A stretch of DNA of 64,000 nucleotides from Candidatus Zixiibacteriota bacterium. GTDB taxonomy: Bacteria; RBG-13-66-14; B26-G2; WVWN01. The stretch's first letter is position 1. Each line of letters starts with the position of its first letter. The stretch is taken from NCBI GenBank assembly GCA_030613505.1, contig JAUWLW010000007.1:6360-70359 (forward strand), given 5' to 3'. Below, piece by piece: positions 18,140-25,675 of this stretch. Position numbers and translations under genes: made by a program. The notes beneath the pieces are model-generated. The model did not search any database, was not told the DNA's origin, and worked only from the letters and a program-made list of their open reading frames with translations.

Positions 18140-19333
18140 ATGGCATTAAAAGGCGATCTCGAGACTATCAACCTCCCGGACATACTTCAACTCCTTAGTT
18201 CGGCCAGGAAAACCGGCGCCCTTTCCATCCGGCGGGGCGCCGAAGAGAAGCGTTTATATTTCAGAGACGGGATGCTGGTTTACGCCTCGAGCACGGACGA
18301 GCGCGAGAAATTGGGCAGCGTTCTTGTACGGGAAGGTTATATCGAACAAGATACCGTCAAGGGGGCGAGGGTGTCGCAGAATAAGTCGGGGCGCCCGTTC
18401 GGCCTTTGCCTGTTGGAACAAGGCAAAATTCCGCACGAAAAGCTCGTCGCCGGTTTGAAGACGCAAGGCCGGATGATTATTACCAACCTCTTCAACTGGT
18501 GGGGTGGCGAGTTCGAATTCTTGGAGGGCGACCAGGCCTGGCCGGAGGAGATCTCTATCGGTTTCGACGTCCAGGGGATAATCATGGACGCCGCAACCGC
18601 CGTCGATGAATGGAACCGCATCAAGGGAATGCTGCCCGACCTGGAAGTCGTACTGGAGGTCGTGCCCGCGCCGGCGCAGGGGAAAGGAGGGGTACAGTTC
18701 GACGCCGAGCAATGGCACGTACTCTCGCTGGTGAACGGCCGCCGCTCGGTGGTCGACATCGCGGCCGCCAGTAACCTCTCCGACATCGAGACGTGCTCGG
18801 TCGCGTGTCGTTTGCTGGACGGGGGCTTCGTGCGTCCCGTAGGCGTCAAAGCTCGGGAGGCGACGGCGCCGGCCGCGGAGACCTCCGGCGCCGTGGCCTT
18901 GCTCGATATCTACAATGAGCTCTTCGCGCAAGTAATATTCGCCGTGTCCGAAGAAGCGGGCGAGGAAGCGATCCGGAAGTTGAGCGAAGCCGCCGCGGCG
19001 AGATGCGACACCCTACCGCATTTGAGAGGTTGCTGGCAACTTACCCAGGGCGTCCTCAGTAAGCGTTGTGTTCTGAAGAACCTAGTCTTGGAGGACCCTG
19101 AGACGCGCGACGAAGAGCTGGCCGCATCCCTCTTCGAGTTATTTCGGTACGAGCTTTCATCTACCGCGCAAATCCTAACTAGGCCCCGCCAAGCCGCGCT
19201 TATACAAGACCTGCAACCGCTTGCGGCGACACTGCTCAAGAAACACGACTCGAAATTGGTGGATTCGGGCGTACGGCGCGTTCTGAGCCGTTTCCTTTCG
19301 CCCACCGAAGTATCATATGCCGAAGCTGAATGA
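18140..19333 (+). CDS. DUF4388-domain protein
   Basis: N-terminus LKGDLETINLPDILQLLSSARKTGALSI is the hallmark DUF4388 motif; 397 aa. Confidence 0.7.
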   Translation: MALKGDLETINLPDILQLLSSARKTGALSIRRGAEEKRLYFRDGMLVYASSTDEREKLGSVLVREGYIEQDTVKGARVSQNKSGRPFGLCLLEQGKIPHEKLVAGLKTQGRMIITNLFNWWGGEFEFLEGDQAWPEEISIGFDVQGIIMDAATAVDEWNRIKGMLPDLEVVLEVVPAPAQGKGGVQFDAEQWHVLSLVNGRRSVVDIAAASNLSDIETCSVACRLLDGGFVRPVGVKAREATAPAAETSGAVALLDIYNELFAQVIFAVSEEAGEEAIRKLSEAAAARCDTLPHLRGCWQLTQGVLSKRCVLKNLVLEDPETRDEELAASLFELFRYELSSTAQILTRPRQAALIQDLQPLAATLLKKHDSKLVDSGVRRVLSRFLSPTEVSYAEAE

Positions 19334-20444
19334 CGACGCGGCCGCGCCGCATTTGGAGTTAGCGGAGAAGCGGCTCCGTTCACTCGTAGATATCTCGCGC
19401 GCCTTTTCCAAGGAGGTGGAGCTCTCCGCCCTGTTGGCGGTAGTAGCTCGCAGAACTTCGGATGCTATCGGCACGGAACGTACGTCGGTATTCCTGCGCG
19501 ACCCCGAATGCCGCGAACTTTGGACCGTCGTGGCCGAGGGCGAGCTGCGTGAAATCCGCATCCCCGAAGACGCCGGCATCGCCGGGTGGGTAGCGATGCG
19601 GGGCGAACCTGCCGTCGTCTCGGACGTTACTAACGACCCGCGGTGGAACAAAGAGGTCGACCGCAAGACCGGGTATACTACGAGGAACATCCTCTGCGTT
19701 CCAATGGACGACGCCCAGGGCGAACGCTTGGGCGTCTTCCAGTGCCTCAACCGGACCCAAGGCAGCTTCACCGAAGACGACGTAAAGTTCCTTCAGGCCA
19801 TAGCGTCCCAGGCCGCGATCTACATCCAGAACGCGCGCCTTTTAGAAGCCCGCAAACAGATGTTCGACAGCCTGGTCGATACCCTCGCCGAAACCATCGA
19901 ATCCCGCGACCCGCTCACCGCCGGCCACAGCCGCGGCGTTATGCGATACGCGGTAGGCGCGGCCAAAAAAATGGGTTTGCAGGCCGACGACTTAGAGGTG
20001 ATCCGTTACGCCGCGTTGCTGCACGACTACGGGAAGATCGGCGTCCCCGACCACATCTTGCGCAAACCGACGGTGCTGACGCCTGCGGAGTACGAGGTAA
20101 TTAAAAAACACGTTCTACATACGCAACAGATACTGGCCCGGATACACTTCGAAGAGCGGTTGCGCGACGTACCGGCGGTGGCGGCCCACCATCACGAACG
20201 CCTCGACGGTTCCGGTTACCCCAAGGGGCTTCGCGGCGAAGACATATCGCCCGGGGGGAAGGTCATCGCCGTCGCCGACGTCTTCGACGCCATGACGTCC
20301 CGCCGCCACTACCGCGGCCCTATGAGCGTAAACCAAGCCGTGGAGCTCATCAGCGACGGCGCCGGTTCGCAATTCGATGCCGACGTAGTCGAGGCGCTTA
20401 AGCGTTATCTGGTCGAAGAGGGGACCCTATCGGCCGGAGATTAA
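19317..20444 (+). CDS. GAF-domain HD-GYP phosphodiesterase (c-di-GMP)
   Basis: N-terminal GAF domain, then HD domain (LLHDYGK) and HHHERLDGSGYP (the HD-GYP signature). Overlaps the upstream gene by 17 nt. Confidence 0.85.
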   Translation: MPKLNDDAAAPHLELAEKRLRSLVDISRAFSKEVELSALLAVVARRTSDAIGTERTSVFLRDPECRELWTVVAEGELREIRIPEDAGIAGWVAMRGEPAVVSDVTNDPRWNKEVDRKTGYTTRNILCVPMDDAQGERLGVFQCLNRTQGSFTEDDVKFLQAIASQAAIYIQNARLLEARKQMFDSLVDTLAETIESRDPLTAGHSRGVMRYAVGAAKKMGLQADDLEVIRYAALLHDYGKIGVPDHILRKPTVLTPAEYEVIKKHVLHTQQILARIHFEERLRDVPAVAAHHHERLDGSGYPKGLRGEDISPGGKVIAVADVFDAMTSRRHYRGPMSVNQAVELISDGAGSQFDADVVEALKRYLVEEGTLSAGD

Positions 20445-20445
20445 G

Positions 20446-21015
20446 ATGGATACCAGCGTTTGGAAAGAAATCGTCGACCTACTCGAGGGCGGAGACGCCG
20501 CCGCGGCGCTCGAGCGGTGTCGTCTTTATTGGGACGAAGCGGGCGGCCTGCCGCGCCGCGCATCGGGCGAGAACTCGTTGCGGGAGTTCAACCGCCGCCT
20601 TACGGTTTGGCAGCAAATAGAGCTTTACGTCGGCGAAGTCGACCGACGTCCCGAGAACCCTCGCTCGTGGAAGCTTTTAGGGTACGCGTACATGTGGAGC
20701 GGGTTATATATACCGGTATTGCTGCGGGCGGCCGAACAAGCTTTGCTCGCGAGTGTCGCCCGCGAAGACGACGAAGCGTTGGTAGCCAACCTGGAAGAGA
20801 AAATGGAATTGTGCCGGCAGGCTCTCGCCGGCGGCAAAGAGGCCCGCACCGAGATCGCCGGGGGCGAAGGGCTTTTCGCCGAAACATTTGACGTTTTCCC
20901 GGCCGAGGTCCCTATGCCCGAGGCGTTCGTTAGCGCGCGTATAGTCGCGTTGCCGGCGTTGAAAGTTACGGCCGCGGTAATCGCGCCCGACCTTTTAGAT
21001 GTCCTTGACCGTTGA
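20446..21015 (+). CDS. Hypothetical protein (operonic with the HD-GYP gene)
   Basis: 189 aa; it starts 2 nt after the HD-GYP stop. No domain recognised. Confidence 0.5.
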   Translation: MDTSVWKEIVDLLEGGDAAAALERCRLYWDEAGGLPRRASGENSLREFNRRLTVWQQIELYVGEVDRRPENPRSWKLLGYAYMWSGLYIPVLLRAAEQALLASVAREDDEALVANLEEKMELCRQALAGGKEARTEIAGGEGLFAETFDVFPAEVPMPEAFVSARIVALPALKVTAAVIAPDLLDVLDR

Positions 21016-21023
21016 GGTAGCCT

Positions 21024-21410
21024 ATGGACCGCAAACTAGTAGGCCGATGTGGTAAATTTTGCGGCGAATGCCGGATTTATATTGCCGCTCACGCCGACGA
21101 TCCCCAGACGGTCACCGAACTCGCCCGCGAAATGGGCGTCGAGCCCGAACGTATAAATTGCACTGGATGCCAGGGCCCCGCCGAAACTTGTTATAACGCC
21201 CAATGTAAGATCGCCGTCTGCCTCGACGAAAGGGGCTACCGTTATTGCGCGCAATGTGCCGAGATAAACGACTGTACCAAGTACGCCCAAAATAACGTTG
21301 AGTTCGACGGCCGTCCCAAAATCTACTCTAATCAATTAAAGGCCTGGGGCGAGGAACGCTGGTTGAGGTTCCACCTCGGCGACGCCGGCGAAGGTCCCGA
21401 CGAGGATTAG
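21024..21410 (+). CDS. DUF3795-like Cys-rich protein
   Basis: GRCGKFCGECRIY N-terminal motif and multiple CxxC pairs; 128 aa. Confidence 0.6.
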   Translation: MDRKLVGRCGKFCGECRIYIAAHADDPQTVTELAREMGVEPERINCTGCQGPAETCYNAQCKIAVCLDERGYRYCAQCAEINDCTKYAQNNVEFDGRPKIYSNQLKAWGEERWLRFHLGDAGEGPDED

Positions 21411-21428
21411 CACCGAGGAGTTACAGGT

Positions 21429-21689
21429 TTGGCCCGCAACGCGGATGGGAACCAGGGGCCCGGCCTGGTTGGACGTTGTGGCCTATTTTGCGGAAGCTGC
21501 GCTATTTACGCCGATTTGGATGAAAGGTACACGGGTATAAAAAGCCGCAACTTAACGCGGCGGCGGGAGCTCGGCGACGCGGCGTGGCTGGCTGAGCAAC
21601 GCGCCGAACGCGCGTGCAGCCGGTGCGGTCGGCCCTTAATATACGGCGACGACGAGTGCGCCTACTGCGGCGCGACGAGGACGGCGTAA
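21429..21689 (+). CDS. DUF3795-like Cys-rich small protein (paralog of the upstream gene)
   Basis: GRCGLFCGSCAIY parallels the upstream gene; CSRCGRP and CAYCG pairs; 86 aa. Confidence 0.55.
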   Translation: MARNADGNQGPGLVGRCGLFCGSCAIYADLDERYTGIKSRNLTRRRELGDAAWLAEQRAERACSRCGRPLIYGDDECAYCGATRTA

Positions 21690-21691
21690 GA

Positions 21692-22165
21692 ATGTCAAGG
21701 CCGGGACGGGAAATTGAAGACGTCGACGCGCTCGCCAAAGCCGCCGTTAACCTCTTCTGCGAAGGTTTCAATTGAGCGGAAGCCGTGGCGACCGCGGTGA
21801 GCGGTTTCTTCGGCGCCGGCGAAAGTTGTTTACCCCGTGTCGCCACCTGCTTCGGTGCTGGTCTGGGCCGGCGGGGTGAGATATGCGGCGCCTTGGCCGG
21901 AGCGTTAATTGCGGTCGGTTTACGGCACGGGAGGCGTGAGGGCGAAGGGGACGAGGCGAAAGAACGGTCCTACGAGCGCGCCGCGTACGTGGTCGGGGCC
22001 TTCCGCGAACGCTTCGGCACGATCCTGTGCCGCGAGTTGATCGACCTGGATTTAAGCGAACCGGAAGGGCGGGAGACTTACCAGCGTAAAAATATCCGAG
22101 ACAAGTACTGCGTCGATTACGTGACGGCCGCGGTAAAGGCGGCTTACGAGGCAATCGGCTCTTAA
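21692..22165 (+). CDS. C_GCAxxG_C_C-family putative redox protein with an in-frame TGA (candidate selenocysteine, U28)
   Basis: ATG at 21692 (2 nt after the upstream stop) gives MSRPGREIEDVDALAKAAVNLFCEGFN-[TGA at 21773-21775]-AEAVATAVSGFFGAGESC...GEICGALAGALIAVGL...ILCRELI...KYCVDYV. The TGA falls at the family's first conserved Cys (N-C-A-Q-A-V consensus). A SECIS-like hairpin lies at 21782-21814. The track only calls the downstream part from GTG 21785. Confidence 0.5.
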
Positions 22166-22213
22166 CGGTCGCACTTGAGCGCAAATAGCCGCCGGGGGGC
22201 GGCTTTTAAAATA

Positions 22214-23509
22214 ATGGTCGCCGCAAGCTTGTGGTTCACGGATTTAATCGTTCGCAAACGCGACGGCAAGGCCGTCGCCGACGACGATTGGCGCCGTTTC
22301 GTAGAAGCGCTCGGAGCCGGCGAGCTCCCCGATTACCAGATATCAGCGCTTCTCATGGCCGTATACTTCCGGGGAATGACCGTCGAGGAAACGGCGGCGT
22401 TGACGGCGGCCATGGCCGCTTCGGGCGAACAATTAGTGCTCGACGAGGGACCGTACGTCGATAAACATTCGACAGGCGGCGTGGGCGATGCTGTAACGCT
22501 CGTTGCCGTGCCCTGGGCGGCGGCTTGCGGGGCACGGATAGCTAAGCTCTCGGGCCGTAGCTTGGGACATACGGGCGGCACCGTCGACAAACTGGAAGCC
22601 ATCCCCGGTATAAACCTATCGCTCACCGCCGAGGAGCTAAAAGAGCAAGCGAACCGCGTTGGGTGCGCCGTCGCCGAAGCGCACGCCGTTGCGCCCGCGG
22701 ATGAAATCATCTACGCGCTCCGGGACGCCACGGCTACGGTGGAGGCGTTACCCTTAATGGTCTCCAGCATATTGAGCAAAAAACTCGCCGGCGGAGCTCC
22801 CGCTTTCGTCTTCGACGTCAAAGCGGGTAGGGGAGCCTTCGCCAAAGAAGAGAATTACGCTCGCGAGCTCGGCGGTAGTTTGATCGCCGCGGCTAAAGCG
22901 TCCGGTCGGAAGGCCGTCGCCGTAATCACGTCCATGGACCAGCCGTTGGGGCGCACCGTGGGTAACGCGCTCGAGGTCGCGGAGGCGGTTGAGACGTTAC
23001 AGGGCCGGGGCCCCGACGACTTGCTCGAGGTTTCGGCTGTGATCGCCGCCGAGATGCTGACCGTGGCGGGCATCGCCGGCCCGGAAGAAGCGCGACGCCG
23101 CTTGGAAGCGACCCTTGAGAAAGGGGAGGCTTTCGCGAAGCTCGACGAGATGGCGCGCGCCCAGGGTGCCCCCGCCGAATGGTGGACTCGCCTTCCGGAA
23201 GCGGCGAAGACGGCTCCCGTGAAAGCCGAACGGGGAGGGTACGTATCGGGTTTGGACGCCTTCGCCGTAGCCCGGGCGGCCAACACGCTTGGGGCGGGCC
23301 GGCAGGTAAAAGAGGACGTCGTTGACCCGGCGGTCGGCGTCGTCCTGCACAAGAAGGCAGGGGAACCGGTATCGGCCGGCGACGTGTTGATGACCCTTCG
23401 CTACAACGACGACGAGCGCTTGCGCCGGTCCCTCGAATTCGCGCGAGTCGCCTTCGACGTCGGCGAAAAGCCTACGCCGCGTCCGTTAATACTCGGGGTA
23501 TTGCGATAG
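22214..23509 (+). CDS. Thymidine / pyrimidine-nucleoside phosphorylase
   Basis: HSTGGVGD motif, SGRSLGHTGGTVDKLE, and the overall family-2 phosphorylase architecture. Start taken at MVAASLW (the track ORF starts at 22175). Confidence 0.85.
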   Translation: MVAASLWFTDLIVRKRDGKAVADDDWRRFVEALGAGELPDYQISALLMAVYFRGMTVEETAALTAAMAASGEQLVLDEGPYVDKHSTGGVGDAVTLVAVPWAAACGARIAKLSGRSLGHTGGTVDKLEAIPGINLSLTAEELKEQANRVGCAVAEAHAVAPADEIIYALRDATATVEALPLMVSSILSKKLAGGAPAFVFDVKAGRGAFAKEENYARELGGSLIAAAKASGRKAVAVITSMDQPLGRTVGNALEVAEAVETLQGRGPDDLLEVSAVIAAEMLTVAGIAGPEEARRRLEATLEKGEAFAKLDEMARAQGAPAEWWTRLPEAAKTAPVKAERGGYVSGLDAFAVARAANTLGAGRQVKEDVVDPAVGVVLHKKAGEPVSAGDVLMTLRYNDDERLRRSLEFARVAFDVGEKPTPRPLILGVLR

Positions 23510-23533
23510 TGCCCACGGCGCTTTGGAAAGGCC

Positions 23534-25483
23534 ATGTTTAAATTACGCCCCATCCTAGTCGTAGCAGTTATCGGCGGCGGCTCGCTGGCTGCTTCTTTCA
23601 CTTTCTTCTACCATCAAGAAGGACACCGCGAGGGTTTATTTGCTTTGGCGAGCCACGGCGTCCATCTCATTCTGTTCGCCGCGCTGGCTTGGTCGGCTTA
23701 CTTCGTGGGCAGGGCGGCGTCCCGATACGTATTTCGCCAAAGCCGGACCTATTGGGAGGTCGACGTTGCGTTGGGGTTCGCCGTCTTCGGCACGGCCGCC
23801 TTTGCGTTGGCCGCAACCCACCTTCTTTACGCGTGGCTTGTCCGGGGCGTGGTATTACTTGTTATTACGCTGTCGGCGCCGCTATGGTGGCGCTACGTCC
23901 GCGACGTACCGGCTTCCGTACGACGGAAGTGGAGCGGCGCCTCGGCCGGCGTCGTCGCCGTGGTCGCCGCCTCCATTCCATTCGCGCTCGCGGTCTTGGT
24001 GCGGGTGGGTTTGCCGCCCGTTGAATGGGACGTTTTGGTTTACCATCTCTATTTACCCAAGGTCTTCGCCGAGGCTCACAGCTTCGTCTACCTGCCGCGC
24101 CTAGTATATGCGTCTATGCCGCTCGGCGCCGAGATGATATTCACGTGGGCGTACCTGTGGGACGGCTTGGGCGCCGCGGCGGCCGTCGCGCCGCTCCTGA
24201 ATATCTTATTAGTCGTAGCAACGTGGCGGTTGGCGCGCCGCTACGTTGACGACCTTTGGGCCGCGGCGGCGGCGGCCTTGCTTCTCTTCACTCCCAGCTT
24301 CGCAACCGCGGTCGGTTCGTCGTACGTAGACTTCGTCGTCGGCGCCTTCGTCGTAATGGCTTTAGTCGCTTATTTAAACGGCTTCCGGCGTTACGCCGAC
24401 GCGGCCTTGGCGGGCGTATTACTCGGCGCGGCATTGGCCGTAAAGTATACTGGGATATACGCGGTCATCGCGCTTCTACCCGTAATCTTCGTGGACGTTA
24501 TCAAGCGGAAGTTGCCGCTCCGTTACGCGGCGGCGTTTCTGATCACCGCCTTCGCCGTCGTCTCCCCGTGGCTCGTCAAGGCTCTAGTCGAACGCGGCAA
24601 TCCTGTCTTCCCGGTTTTGTACGGCGTCTTCGGCGGCCACGACCTGTCGCCCGAGGCGGCGGCGGGAATCCTCCCAGCGTTACGGCGCATCGGCATGGGC
24701 CGCAGCGCGGCCGATTATCTACTGCTCCCATACCGCGTTTCGGCCCTCGGCGGCAGCGGCTACGGCCGTTTCGCCGGCAGCCTCTGGCCATTTAGTTTTC
24801 TTATCGTACCATTTGCGCTGGTCTGGTTCCGGCGATGGCGGTTGCTGACCTTTACGGTCCTCTATTTCGCCGCGTGGGCTTTTATGTCACAGCAACTCCG
24901 TTTTTTAAGTGCGGCGTACGCGACGCTTGCCGTGTTGTCGGCGGGTGTTTTCGCCGCTGCAGCCGACGTCTTCAAAGGTCAGGCGCGCGCCGTAAGCCGC
25001 TTCGCATTCGTCGGTTTAATATTGATATTGGGTTACGTACTTAACGTGCCGAACATCTTAACGGGTTTGGGGAGTTTACATTACTACGAGAAAGGCGGCG
25101 CCGAAGCGTACCTGCGCGAAAACGCGCCGTGCTACGCGGCCGACGAGTTCGTCAACGATGAACTCCCCAAAGACGCAGTCATCCTGTTGCTGTTCGACAA
25201 TTGCCTCTTATACCTGAAACGTCCTGCTATCTACGACTCGTTTTTAGACGCGTCGGTAACGATATACGAAATCCAGAAGTTAAAAAGCCCGGCTGGGGTG
25301 GCGGCATACGTTGACGGGCTCGGCGCGACCCACATTATGACCTATCGCGTCGGCGCGGCGTTCTTTTGGAATTATTACGAGCGGTCGACGCGGCGCTTAT
25401 GGGAGGCGTACCTGGCGCGGTACACGACGGCCATATACGACGACGGTTATTACGAAATACGCGCGCTCGAGCGCCGCGGGTGA
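23534..25483 (+). CDS. Polytopic membrane protein, GT-C-fold glycosyltransferase-like (ArnT/PMT/DUF2029-like)
   Basis: 649 aa with about 12 or more TM helices, conserved YHLYLPKVFAEAHSFVYLPRLVYASMPLGAEMIFTWAY and a C-terminal soluble domain. Confidence 0.75.
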   Translation: MFKLRPILVVAVIGGGSLAASFTFFYHQEGHREGLFALASHGVHLILFAALAWSAYFVGRAASRYVFRQSRTYWEVDVALGFAVFGTAAFALAATHLLYAWLVRGVVLLVITLSAPLWWRYVRDVPASVRRKWSGASAGVVAVVAASIPFALAVLVRVGLPPVEWDVLVYHLYLPKVFAEAHSFVYLPRLVYASMPLGAEMIFTWAYLWDGLGAAAAVAPLLNILLVVATWRLARRYVDDLWAAAAAALLLFTPSFATAVGSSYVDFVVGAFVVMALVAYLNGFRRYADAALAGVLLGAALAVKYTGIYAVIALLPVIFVDVIKRKLPLRYAAAFLITAFAVVSPWLVKALVERGNPVFPVLYGVFGGHDLSPEAAAGILPALRRIGMGRSAADYLLLPYRVSALGGSGYGRFAGSLWPFSFLIVPFALVWFRRWRLLTFTVLYFAAWAFMSQQLRFLSAAYATLAVLSAGVFAAAADVFKGQARAVSRFAFVGLILILGYVLNVPNILTGLGSLHYYEKGGAEAYLRENAPCYAADEFVNDELPKDAVILLLFDNCLLYLKRPAIYDSFLDASVTIYEIQKLKSPAGVAAYVDGLGATHIMTYRVGAAFFWNYYERSTRRLWEAYLARYTTAIYDDGYYEIRALERRG

Positions 25484-25675
25484 GCCGCATCGTTCCAAGC
25501 CGAGAAGAGCCGCGGCGTGTGCACGGCGGCCGTGATGCTAAAACATTTAGACCCGTCCGCTCCGTGAAACGCGGGCGGTGTCGAACACGATGGGGCTTGA
25601 TATCGCCCGACGTAATCGCTATAATCTTAACGCTGACGTAAGTTTTTTTAAAACGGCGGTATTCGAGGAGAAGCG

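Noticed and set aside
24256-24795. Arg-rich 179-aa ORF, and several similar ones (24025, 23640, 23689), inside the first GT-C gene
   Set aside because: Alternative-frame ORFs within a coherent 649-aa membrane-protein gene; high-GC frame artefacts.
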